DNA of 64,000 nt, taken from an uncultured Acidobacteriota bacterium (GTDB lineage Bacteria; Acidobacteriota; Thermoanaerobaculia; UBA5066). The notes below the pieces were generated by a model. It was not told the origin of the DNA. It made no database searches and worked only from the letters and a program-made list of their open reading frames with translations. This document shows positions 42,295 to 51,309 of this stretch, piece by piece (positions within the stretch are counted from its first letter, which is position 1; the number at the start of each line of letters is the position of its first letter). The stretch is from positions 1,408,001 through 1,472,000 of the forward strand of contig CAVZYA010000002.1 in NCBI GenBank assembly GCA_963779415.1, read 5' to 3'. A program made the translations under genes and the position numbers.

Positions 42295-43866
42295 ATGAAA
42301 CCGGTGCCCGATCCGATCCTCCTTCGCGAATGGACGCCGGAAGGCGACGCGGCCGCGTTCGAAAGGCTCAAGGGCCGGATGGTGGACGTCTGGAAGACGA
42401 TCGGCGGCAACACCGGGGAGTCGGCGTATACGTCCGTCGTCGTGCCGTCGCTGACGCTCGACCAGGAGGAGCTGCGGAAGATCCCCGGAGCGGCGTTCTA
42501 CGAGGAGCGGCTCCTCTTCCTTCTCATGCGCCTCCGGAACCCGCGCGCGCGCCTCGTCTACGTCACGTCGCAGCCGGTCCACCCGCTCGTCCTCGAGTAC
42601 TACCTCCAGCTTCTCGCGGGAATTCCGGCCAGCCACGCCCGGTCGCGACTGACGCTCCTCTGCGCCTACGACTCCTCGTCCCGATCCCTCACCGAGAAGA
42701 TCCTCGAGCGGCCGCGCCTCCTCGAGCGGATTCGCGCGGGGATCCAGGACCCGTCGCGGGCCTTCCTGACCGTCTTCAACTCGACGCCTTTGGAACGGCG
42801 CCTCGCGGTCCTTCTCGGTATTCCTCTCTTCGGCTGCGACCCGGCGCTCATGAGCGTCGGGACGAAGTCCGGCAGCCGGAAGGTCTTCGTCGAGGCGGGA
42901 ATCGCGGTCCCGGCGGGCTTCGAGGAGCTTCGGACCCCGGCTGACGTCGTCCTCGCGCTCGCGGAGCTGAAGAGGATCCGGCCCGGATTGAAGCGGGCCG
43001 TCATCAAGCTGAACGCGAGCTTCTCCGGCGAAGGCAACGGCGTCTTCCGCTATCCGCCGGAGGAAGAGCCCGACGCGCTCGCCGAGGCCCTCGCCCGCCT
43101 CGAGTTCCCGCTCGTGGCCGAGACCTTCGAGACCTTCTTCTCGAAATTCGGCCGGATGGGGGGCGTCGTCGAGGAGTTTCTCGAGGGGGAGGAGCGCTCC
43201 TCCCCGAGCGCGCAGCTCCTGATCGAGCCGAACGGCAAACCGGTCCTTCTCTCCACGCACGACCAGATCCTCGGCGGCCCGGCCGGACAGCTCTACCTCG
43301 GGTGCCGGTTCCCGGCGCGGCAGTCCTACCGGCGCGAGGTCGGGGAGGCGGGGCTCCGGGTGGGGGAGGTCCTCGCGCGCAAAGGGGTCATCGGACGGTT
43401 CGGGATCGACACGATCGTCCACCCGGCCCCGGGGCGCGGGTGGGAGGTTTTCGGCGTCGAGGTCAACCTCCGGAAGGGGGGAACGACGCACCCGTTCCTC
43501 GCCCTCCAGTTCCTGACCGGGGGATCCATCGAGCGGGAGACGGGGCTCTTCATGACGCCGTCGGGCCACCCGAAGTACTACCGCTCCACCGACACCCTCT
43601 CCTCCCCGCGCTATCGCGGTCTCCTCCCCGAAGACCTGATCGAGATCCTGACGGCCAACTCCCTCCACTACAGCCCGATCACCGAGACCGGCGTCCTGTT
43701 CCACATGATCGGGGCGCTCTCGCAGTACGGGAAGGTCGGCCTTACCGTGATCGGCAACTCGCGCGAGGAGGCCGAGACCCTCTACGCGGACACGCTCACG
43801 ATCCTGGACCGGGAGGCTTCGGCGGGACGAGTGGCAGGCGTTTCCGCGGGCATGCCCCCGGAGTGA
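42295..43866 (+). CDS. ATP-grasp protein, peptide ligase PGM1-related
   Basis: VVVPSL, YEERLLF.L..LR.P, GTKSGSR, KLN.SFSGEGN, STHDQILGG, EVNLRKGGTTHPF. True start may be GTG at 42304. Confidence 0.82.
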   Translation: MKPVPDPILLREWTPEGDAAAFERLKGRMVDVWKTIGGNTGESAYTSVVVPSLTLDQEELRKIPGAAFYEERLLFLLMRLRNPRARLVYVTSQPVHPLVLEYYLQLLAGIPASHARSRLTLLCAYDSSSRSLTEKILERPRLLERIRAGIQDPSRAFLTVFNSTPLERRLAVLLGIPLFGCDPALMSVGTKSGSRKVFVEAGIAVPAGFEELRTPADVVLALAELKRIRPGLKRAVIKLNASFSGEGNGVFRYPPEEEPDALAEALARLEFPLVAETFETFFSKFGRMGGVVEEFLEGEERSSPSAQLLIEPNGKPVLLSTHDQILGGPAGQLYLGCRFPARQSYRREVGEAGLRVGEVLARKGVIGRFGIDTIVHPAPGRGWEVFGVEVNLRKGGTTHPFLALQFLTGGSIERETGLFMTPSGHPKYYRSTDTLSSPRYRGLLPEDLIEILTANSLHYSPITETGVLFHMIGALSQYGKVGLTVIGNSREEAETLYADTLTILDREASAGRVAGVSAGMPPE

Positions 43867-43889
43867 CCGGGAGAGTCCGGAAGAGATAA

Positions 43890-43912
43890 GGGCCCCCGGA
43901 AACCGGGGGCCC
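43890..43912. terminator. Hairpin between convergent genes
   Basis: GGGCCCCCGG-aaa-CCGGGGGCCC. Confidence 0.7.
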
Positions 43913-43935
43913 CGTCGACTCGATATCGAAAAGAC

Positions 43936-44571
43936 CTACTTCTTCTTCTTGGCGGGAGCCTTGGCAGGCTTGGCGGCCGGCGCGGCGTGAGCCGCCGGAG
44001 GGGCGCTGATCGTAAGTGACGTCGTGAGCTCGGCGGCCTTTTCCTTGATCGCCTTTGCCTTCTCGACGGCGGCCATCGGGTCGGCGGCTCCGACGGCGGT
44101 GGCCTCATCCCACATCTTCTTGATGTCGGCCAGGCCCGCCTTGGCGGCGTCGAGCTTGGCGGCGTCCATCCCCTTCGGGAGCTTCTTCATCGCGGCGAAC
44201 GAGGCGACTTTCTCCTCGACCGCCTTGATGGCCGCCGGAACGGAGGCCGAGATGTCCGCCCACGTCTTCGTGTACTCGTCCTTCTTGGCCTTGGCGGCGT
44301 TTGTGGCCTCGGTCGCCTTGCCCGGGATGGCCTGGGCGGCGGCGATGGCCGCGGCGTAGTCACCCTTTCCCAGCTTGTCCTTGGCGTCCTTGAGGCTGTC
44401 GCTCAGGGCCTTCCACTGGTCGGGAACGAACTTCTCGACCATGGGCTTGGCCGCGGTCACGGCAGCGTCGGCAGCCTTGAAAGCTTCCTCTGCGGGGCCC
44501 TTCTGGGAGCAGGCCGTCGTGAGGACGGCGACGGCGGCGACGAGAGCGAGGGAAGTCAGGATTCGGCGCAC
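43936..44571 (-). CDS. Ala/Lys-rich alpha-helical lipoprotein
   Basis: Lipobox-like LTTAC after a hydrophobic stretch. AAAGGAG SD. Strongly biased codon usage. Confidence 0.8.
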   Translation of the reverse strand: MRRILTSLALVAAVAVLTTACSQKGPAEEAFKAADAAVTAAKPMVEKFVPDQWKALSDSLKDAKDKLGKGDYAAAIAAAQAIPGKATEATNAAKAKKDEYTKTWADISASVPAAIKAVEEKVASFAAMKKLPKGMDAAKLDAAKAGLADIKKMWDEATAVGAADPMAAVEKAKAIKEKAAELTTSLTISAPPAAHAAPAAKPAKAPAKKKK

Positions 44572-44644
44572 GGAATTCTCCTTTCGGTTCTTTGGCGGAA
44601 GGCCCGGAATGACCGGGCCGGGAAGCCGCGAAATCGGCGGAAAA

Positions 44645-44673
44645 ACGGTATTGAACCCGGGGCCGTCTGTCAA
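44645..44673 (-). promoter_or_regulatory. Sigma70-type promoter of the lipoprotein gene
   Basis: TTGACA (44673-44668), 17-nt spacer, TACCGT (44650-44645). Confidence 0.65.
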
Positions 44674-44748
44674 GGTTCCATTGACGGTTCACGACCTCCA
44701 TTTGAATCATGGTTTCCTCGTTTCCCCGCCCCCTAGCGTCCCGGCGGC

Positions 44749-45912
44749 ATGCGGTTCCTGCCGCTCGTTCTGAAGAACCTCTTCCGCAAGAAGACGCGAA
44801 CGCTTCTGACGATCGCCTCCATTCTCTTCCCTCTCCTCGTGATCGCCTTCCTCGGTACCTTCCTGAAGGCACTCCGCTTCGCCGATCCCGCCCGGAAGGG
44901 TTACTTCCGGGTCGTCACCCGTCACAAGGTCGGCCTGACGACTCCGATTCCCGTCGCCTGGGCCCGCCGGATCGAACCGCTTCCGGGCATCCTCGCGGTG
45001 ACCGTCCTCTCCCCGTTCCGGGGGATCTACCGCGACGAGAGCGCCGGGAACGTCTTCCCGCGCTTCGCGGCCGACGCCGCGACCTTCTTCCCGGTATTCG
45101 ACGACGCCGTCCTCGTCGAAGGGAGCGCGGAGGCGTGGCGGAGGGACCGCGCCTCGGCGCTCGTCGGCGAGCGGCTCATGCAGAAGTACGGCTGGAAGCT
45201 CGGGGATCGCGTCGCGATCCGCGGGACGCTCTACCCGGTCGACCTCGATCTCGTGATCGCCGCCGTCTACCGCCTCCCCTACGAGACCTCGGGCTCCATC
45301 TTCTTCCACCGTGAATACCTCGAAGAGGCGTGGCCGCCGTTCCGGGGGGAGGCCACGACGATCTGGGCGCGCGTGAAGGACAATGCCGCCGAGGCGCGGC
45401 TCCCCGCCGAGATCGACGCTCTGTTCGAGAACTCGCCCTTCCCGACGAAGAGCGACAGCGAGAGCGCCTTTCTGACCGGCTTCGTCCAGCTCCTCGGGAA
45501 CGTCCAGCTCCTTCTCGTCTCTCTCGGCGTCGTCCTCGTCCTCGTCATCGTCCTCGTCGCCGCCAACACGATGGCGATGTCGACGCGCGAGCGCGTCGTC
45601 GAGATCGCCGTCATGCGGACACTCGGCTACACGCGGACGAAAGTGGTCCTCCTGATCCTCGCCGAGAGCCTCGTCATGGCGCTCGTCGGCGCCGCGGTCG
45701 GCCTCGGCCTCTTCGCCGCGGGGTTCACGTCTCTCCAGAAACGGCTCCTCGACACGCGGCTCTCCCAGTTCGCGGCCGGGATGAGGATCTTTCCGGAGGT
45801 GCTCGCCCTCGCCGTCGGTACGGCCCTTCTCATCGGCCTCCTCGCGGCGCTCGTCCCCGCCCTCCGTGCGGGGCAGCGGAAGATCGTCGACGGGCTGCGA
45901 TTCACGGGGTAA
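44749..45912 (+). CDS. MacB/FtsX-family ABC permease
   Basis: KNLFRKKTRTLLT, periplasmic domain, NTMAMSTRERVVEIAVMRTLG, PALRA. Confidence 0.9.
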   Translation: MRFLPLVLKNLFRKKTRTLLTIASILFPLLVIAFLGTFLKALRFADPARKGYFRVVTRHKVGLTTPIPVAWARRIEPLPGILAVTVLSPFRGIYRDESAGNVFPRFAADAATFFPVFDDAVLVEGSAEAWRRDRASALVGERLMQKYGWKLGDRVAIRGTLYPVDLDLVIAAVYRLPYETSGSIFFHREYLEEAWPPFRGEATTIWARVKDNAAEARLPAEIDALFENSPFPTKSDSESAFLTGFVQLLGNVQLLLVSLGVVLVLVIVLVAANTMAMSTRERVVEIAVMRTLGYTRTKVVLLILAESLVMALVGAAVGLGLFAAGFTSLQKRLLDTRLSQFAAGMRIFPEVLALAVGTALLIGLLAALVPALRAGQRKIVDGLRFTG

Positions 45913-45915
45913 GCG

Positions 45916-47616
45916 TCAGTCGGCGCGCCTCGTCCCCGGCCCCAGCACCGGCCGGCCGGGGCGCGCGGAGGTGATCTTCCCGCCGTCCACGACGAGCTGG
46001 CCGTTGACGGCGACGTACGGCATCCCCTCGCAGTAGTGGAACGGGTCGGCATAGGTCGACACGGCCTTCACGCGGGCCGGGTCGAAGGCGACGAGGTCGG
46101 CGTAGAGGCCCGGGACGACGAGGCCGCGGTCCCGGATCTGCGCCCGCGCCGCGGAAAGCGACGTCATCTTACGGACCGCCTCCTCGAGCGGAAGGCGCTG
46201 TTCGTCGCGGACGTATGTCCCGAGGATCCGGGCCGTCGAGGCCCATCCGCGCGGGTGCGACTTCTCCTCCGAGAAGATGCCGTCGGTCGCCGACGCGCCG
46301 GAATCGGTGCAGAAGGCGACGAGCCGGCTCTTCAGGGCGGCGCGGACGTCGTCGTCGCTCATGCAGAAGAGGATGCCGCCCGAGTTCGCGCGGTCGGCGA
46401 TGACGAGGTCGATCAGGGCGTCGCGCGGATCCTTCCCCTCGGCCTTTCCGATCTCCTCGAGTGTCTTCCCCTCGTACTTCTTCAACGCCGGGTTCAGCAC
46501 CGACGTGACGAGGACGCCGGTGGCGCCCCCCGAGCCGTACCACTGGTTTTCCCAGGCGTCGGAGTCCAGGGCCATGTCCCGTTTCACCCGCTCGCGGACC
46601 GCGGGGTCCGCGAGGCGCGCCAGGAGCTTTTCCGTCCCCCCTTCGCGGACCCACGGCGGAAGGTTCGCGTCGAGGCCGTTCATGGCGGCCGTCCACGGGT
46701 ACTGGTTCGCGGCGACGTCCAGCCCCTCCGCGCGCGCCGCCTCCAGCCGGGCGAGAATCGCCGGCATCTTTCCCTGGTACCTTCCCGTCGTCTTCAGGTG
46801 CCAGATGTTCGCCGGGATCTTCGCCTCGCGGGCGATCCGGAAGACCTCGTCGAGGGAGGCGTCGAGCCGGTTTCCCTCCGACCTCTGGTGGGTGAAGTAG
46901 ACGCCGCCGTAACGCGCGGCGACCTTCGCGAGGGCGATGATCTCCTCCGTCGAGTTGTAGATGTCGGGGACGTACTGGAGCGACGTCGAGACGCCGAGGG
47001 CGCCCTCCTCCATCCCTTTCGCCACCTCGCGCTCCATGGCGGCGAGCTCGGCGGGCGTGGCGCGCCGGTCTTCCTTCCCGATGACGAGATCCCGGATCCC
47101 GCCGAGGCCCACGAACGTGCCGAGGTTGATCGTCGGCGGGCTCTTCCGGAAGCGGGAGAAGTAGCCGGCCAGCGTGGTGAAGTCGGGACGGACGCCGTAC
47201 CGCTTCCAGACCGCCTCGCCCTCCTTCAGCATCCGCTCGTTGACCGGCGCGATGGAGGCCCCCTCGCCGGTCACCTCCGTCGTGATTCCCTGCGTGATCT
47301 TGGAGGCGGCGCGGGGGTCGACGAGGACGTTGTATTCGGACTGCCCGAGGAGGTCGATGAACCCGGGGGAGACGACGAGGCCCGAGGCGTCGATCCGTCG
47401 CCGCGCTGCGGCCTTGCGCGCCTCGGGGAGGATCCCGACGGCCGCAATCCGGTCTCCCCGGACGGCGACGTCGGCGACGAAGAGGGGTGCCCCGGTGCCG
47501 TCCGCCACGCGGCCGTTCTCGAAGACCAGATCGTCCCGGTCGGGAGGGGCTGCCGCGCCCGAAAGAAGCAAAAAGGCCGCGGCAGAGGATGCCACGGCCG
47601 AAAAAATACGCTTCAT
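45916..47616 (-). CDS. N-acyl-D-amino-acid deacylase family amidohydrolase, secreted
   Basis: Signal peptide, DGTGAP, PGFID, QGITTEVTGEG, HPRGW, EEAVRKMTS, ADLVAFDP. Confidence 0.9.
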   Translation of the reverse strand: MKRIFSAVASSAAAFLLLSGAAAPPDRDDLVFENGRVADGTGAPLFVADVAVRGDRIAAVGILPEARKAAARRRIDASGLVVSPGFIDLLGQSEYNVLVDPRAASKITQGITTEVTGEGASIAPVNERMLKEGEAVWKRYGVRPDFTTLAGYFSRFRKSPPTINLGTFVGLGGIRDLVIGKEDRRATPAELAAMEREVAKGMEEGALGVSTSLQYVPDIYNSTEEIIALAKVAARYGGVYFTHQRSEGNRLDASLDEVFRIAREAKIPANIWHLKTTGRYQGKMPAILARLEAARAEGLDVAANQYPWTAAMNGLDANLPPWVREGGTEKLLARLADPAVRERVKRDMALDSDAWENQWYGSGGATGVLVTSVLNPALKKYEGKTLEEIGKAEGKDPRDALIDLVIADRANSGGILFCMSDDDVRAALKSRLVAFCTDSGASATDGIFSEEKSHPRGWASTARILGTYVRDEQRLPLEEAVRKMTSLSAARAQIRDRGLVVPGLYADLVAFDPARVKAVSTYADPFHYCEGMPYVAVNGQLVVDGGKITSARPGRPVLGPGTRRAD

Positions 47617-47661
47617 CGTTCGGATCCCGTCTCCCGGAGACCGTCGGGAGAAGTCAGTGGC

Positions 47662-47907
47662 TCAGGGATTCTTCGGGCGGGCCTCATTCACCCGGATCGT
47701 GCGCCCGTCGTGCTGGGAGCCGTTGAGCGCCTGCATGGCCTTTTTCGCGTCCTCGTCACCCATCTCGACGAAGCCGAAGCCCTTCGAGCGGCCCGAGTCG
47801 CGGTCGACGACGACGGTTGCGGACTGGACAGCCCCGTACGCTTCGAAAAGGGAGCGGAGGGAGGAGTCGTTGACCCCGTACGAGAGGTTTCCCACGTAGA
47901 GCTTCAT
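47662..47907 (-). CDS. RRM RNA-binding protein
   Basis: RNP2 KLYVGNL, RNP1 KGFGFVEM, VNEARP. Confidence 0.95.
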   Translation of the reverse strand: MKLYVGNLSYGVNDSSLRSLFEAYGAVQSATVVVDRDSGRSKGFGFVEMGDEDAKKAMQALNGSQHDGRTIRVNEARPKNP

Positions 47908-48022
47908 TCCCAGAATCCTTTCGCGGCCGGCAACACTCCGGCCCTCCTACAGACTAACATGGAGCGGGGGGCGGGGCCTTTCCTCGTGGAGCGGTACTCT
48001 CTCGGGGCGGAAGGAGAAGGGG

Positions 48023-48778
48023 ATGAGGCTCGGTATCGCATTTCTCGCCACGATGCTCCTCGGCGCCGGCGCGTCCAGGGCGGAGACCGTGGACCAGATC
48101 GTCGAAAAGAACATCGAGGCGCGGGGAGGGCTCGCGGCGCTCAAGGGGATCCGGAGCCTCCGGATGACGGGCGTCGTCTCGATGGGGCCGACGTCCGAGA
48201 TCGGGCTGGTGATGGAGTTCAAACGGCCGAAGATGGTCCGGCAGGAGTTCTTCGCTCAGGGGAAGACGGGAGTCGCCGCATTCGACGGGACAGTCGGCTG
48301 GCAGGTCCTGCCGTTCGCCGGGAAGACCGTCCCCGAGCGGATGAACGCGGACGAACAGAGGGAGCTGGAGGAACAGGCGGACGTGGAAGGGGATCTCGTC
48401 GACTGGAAGGCGAAAGGAAGCCAGGTCGAGCTGCTCGGCCGCGAGACTCTCTCCGGGGTCGAGACGTGGAAGCTCCGCGTGACGCTCAGGTCGGGGACGG
48501 TCCAGACCCTCTGGCTCGACCCCGGCTCGTTCCTCGAGATCCAGCGCGAATCGAAGCGGAAGATCGACGGGAAGGACGTCGAGTTCGTCTCCACGATGGG
48601 TGACTACCGGGAGGTCTCGGGAATACGCTTCCCCTTCCTCGTGGAGAGCCGGGTCAAAGGGGCGACGAACGGACAGAAGATCACCCTTCAGACGGTCGAC
48701 GTGAACGTTCCCGTCGACGACGCCCTCTTCCACATGCCCGGGCCGAAGCCCGTCCCCGCGGCCGCGTCGGGGAAATGA
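48023..48778 (+). CDS. Secreted LolA-like / outer-membrane lipoprotein-sorting family protein
   Basis: Signal peptide, TVDQIVEKNIEARGG, FDG..GW, DYREVSGI.FP, VNVPVDDA.F. Confidence 0.7.
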   Translation: MRLGIAFLATMLLGAGASRAETVDQIVEKNIEARGGLAALKGIRSLRMTGVVSMGPTSEIGLVMEFKRPKMVRQEFFAQGKTGVAAFDGTVGWQVLPFAGKTVPERMNADEQRELEEQADVEGDLVDWKAKGSQVELLGRETLSGVETWKLRVTLRSGTVQTLWLDPGSFLEIQRESKRKIDGKDVEFVSTMGDYREVSGIRFPFLVESRVKGATNGQKITLQTVDVNVPVDDALFHMPGPKPVPAAASGK

Positions 48779-48827
48779 GGCCGTGACGGGCGCCCGGCGC
48801 GCCGCCGGTCCATAATCCCGCTTCGTC

Positions 48828-50057
48828 ATGGCACAGATAAGACCGTTCCCGAACGGCCGGCCGCCGAAAGCGATCGCCTCCCGCGTCGCCTCCGTCCCGT
48901 ACGACGTCGTCGACACGAAGGAAGCCCTCGCGCTGGCCGAGGGGAATCCGGTCTCTTTCCTCCATGTCTGTCGTCCCGAGATCGACCTCCCCCCGGCGAC
49001 CGACGTTCATGCCGACTCGGTCTATGCGAAAGGGCGCGAGAACCTCGACCGCTTCTACGCCGACGGGACGCTCGTCGCCGACTCGACGCCACGCCTCTTC
49101 GTCTACCGGCAGACGTGGCGCGGCCGCAAGCAGGACGGCGTCGTGGCCGCCTGTGCGGTCGACGACTACGACTCGGACGTCATCAAGAAGCACGAAAAGA
49201 CGCGTCCTGACAAGGAAAACGACCGGGTCCGGCACCTTCTGACGCAGTCGGCCCACGCCGAGCCTGTGTTCCTGACCTACCGTGCCGACGCCGCGATCGA
49301 CGCCAAGGTCCGCGAGGTCACGTCGCGCGCGCCCGAATACGACTTCGAGGCTCCGGATGGCGTCCGCCACACGCTCTGGATCGTCCCGGAGGGAGAGAAC
49401 GTCTTCTTCGTCGAAGCCTTCGCGAGGGTGCCGCTCCTCTACGTCGCCGACGGCCATCACCGGACGGCTTCGGCATCGCGGGCGCGTGCCGCGCTCCGCG
49501 AGAAGGATCCGAAGCTTCCCGCTGATCACCCGGTGAACTGGTTCCCCGCAACGATCTTCCCGGACCGCGAGCTCGCGATCCTCCCGTACAACCGGGTCGT
49601 GAAGGACCTCGGCGGGAAGTCGCCGGGCGAGTTCCTGGCCGCGGTCGGGGGAGCGTTCCGGATCCGGCACGGCGAAGGGGCGGAGCCGAAGGGGAAAGGG
49701 GACGTCCGGATGTACTTCAGCGGAGGGTGGCACCGGCTCGAGCCGATCGCTCCCGTCGACGCGCGGGACCCGATCGGCTCGCTCGACGTCTCCGTCCTGC
49801 AGGACCGGCTTCTCGCCCCGGTGCTCGGCGTCCTCGATCCGCGCACGGACAAGCGGATCGACTTCGTCGGCGGGATCCGCGGGACGGCGGATCTTGCGGC
49901 GCGGGTCGACTCGGGCCGGGCGGCGGTCGCCTTCTCGATCTTTCCGACGACGGTCGCCGAGCTGATGGCGATCGCCGACGCCGGCGCGATCATGCCGCCG
50001 AAGTCGACCTGGTTCGAGCCGAAGCTGCGCTCCGGGCCTGTTCGTCCACGTTTCTAG
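48828..50057 (+). CDS. DUF1015 family protein
   Basis: PYDVV, IKKHEKTR..KE.DR, YVADGHHR, MPPKSTWFEPKLRSG. True end is probably 50070 if GGG near 50035 carries one extra base. Confidence 0.9.
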   Translation: MAQIRPFPNGRPPKAIASRVASVPYDVVDTKEALALAEGNPVSFLHVCRPEIDLPPATDVHADSVYAKGRENLDRFYADGTLVADSTPRLFVYRQTWRGRKQDGVVAACAVDDYDSDVIKKHEKTRPDKENDRVRHLLTQSAHAEPVFLTYRADAAIDAKVREVTSRAPEYDFEAPDGVRHTLWIVPEGENVFFVEAFARVPLLYVADGHHRTASASRARAALREKDPKLPADHPVNWFPATIFPDRELAILPYNRVVKDLGGKSPGEFLAAVGGAFRIRHGEGAEPKGKGDVRMYFSGGWHRLEPIAPVDARDPIGSLDVSVLQDRLLAPVLGVLDPRTDKRIDFVGGIRGTADLAARVDSGRAAVAFSIFPTTVAELMAIADAGAIMPPKSTWFEPKLRSGPVRPRF

Positions 50058-50066
50058 GGGGATGCG

Positions 50067-51272
50067 ATGAAAGTTCTGGTGGCGGACAAGTTCGAGGCCG
50101 CGGGTCTCGACGGGCTCGCGGAGCTCGGGTGCGAAGTCCTCTACGAGCCGAAGCTCGAAGGGGAGTCGCTGGGCCTTAGGCTCGCGGAGGCTCGTCCGGA
50201 GGTCCTCGTCGTCCGGTCGACGAAGGTGACGGCGGCGGAAATCGGGAAGGCTTCCTCTCTCGCCCTGATCGTCCGCGCGGGGGCCGGCGTCAACACGATC
50301 GACCTCGCCGCGGCGTCGGCGCGGGCCATCGCCGTCTCCAACTGTCCCGGAAAGAACTCCGTCGCCGTGGCCGAGCTGGCCTGGGGGCTGATCCTCGCCC
50401 TCGACCGGCGGATTCCCGAGCAGACGCGCGACCTCGCCGCCGGCGTCTGGAACAAGACGGAGTACGGGAAGGCGAAGGGGATCGCGGGCCGGAAGCTCGG
50501 CGTCGTCGGCGTCGGGGCGATCGGGACGGAGGTGATCCTCCGCGCGAAGTCCTTCGGGATGGAGGTCCTCGCCTTCAGCCGCTCGCTCGACGCCTATGCG
50601 GCCGCCCGGCTCGGCGTGACCCGATCGGCGTCGCTCCTCGACCTCGCCCGCGAGAGCGACGTCGTCTCCGTCCATCTCGCCCTCACGAAGGAGACGAGGG
50701 GGCTCATCGGCCCCGGGTTCTTCGAGGCGATGAGGGACGGCGCCCTCTTCGTGAACACGAGCCGCGGCGAAATCGTCCAGCAGGCGGCCCTCGAGGCGGC
50801 GATCGAGAAGAAAGGGATCCGTGCCGGCCTCGACGTCTTCGAGAGGGAGCCGTCCGGAGGGACGGGAGCCTTCGAGGACCCGATCGCGAAGAGGCCCGGT
50901 GTCATCGGGACGCACCATTGCGGCGCGTCGACGGAGCAGGCGCAGAACGCCATTGCCGCCGAGACGGTCCGGATCGTCGAGGCGTTTCTGAACTCGGGAG
51001 AGGTCCCGAACGCGGTGAACCTCTCTGACCGGACCCCGGCCACCCACCTTCTCTCGATCCGGCACCGCGACCGGGTCGGCGTCCTCGCCCACATCTTCGC
51101 CGTCCTGAAGGAGGCGGGGATCAACGTCGAGGAGACCGAGAACGTCGTCTTCGCGGGGGCCGAGGCGGCCTGCGCCCGGATCCAGATCGACCGGGCGCCG
51201 GACCCGGACGTCGTGTCGAAGATCGAGACGGGGAGCCCCGACATCTTCTCGGTGACCCTGACGCCGATCTGA
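50067..51272 (+). CDS. serA: D-3-phosphoglycerate dehydrogenase-like protein with C-terminal ACT domain
   Basis: [47 protein letters not shown] start. Confidence 0.8.
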   Translation: MKVLVADKFEAAGLDGLAELGCEVLYEPKLEGESLGLRLAEARPEVLVVRSTKVTAAEIGKASSLALIVRAGAGVNTIDLAAASARAIAVSNCPGKNSVAVAELAWGLILALDRRIPEQTRDLAAGVWNKTEYGKAKGIAGRKLGVVGVGAIGTEVILRAKSFGMEVLAFSRSLDAYAAARLGVTRSASLLDLARESDVVSVHLALTKETRGLIGPGFFEAMRDGALFVNTSRGEIVQQAALEAAIEKKGIRAGLDVFEREPSGGTGAFEDPIAKRPGVIGTHHCGASTEQAQNAIAAETVRIVEAFLNSGEVPNAVNLSDRTPATHLLSIRHRDRVGVLAHIFAVLKEAGINVEETENVVFAGAEAACARIQIDRAPDPDVVSKIETGSPDIFSVTLTPI

Positions 51273-51309
51273 GCCGGCGGGCGGAAGAGGACGGAGCCTC
51301 GACGACACG

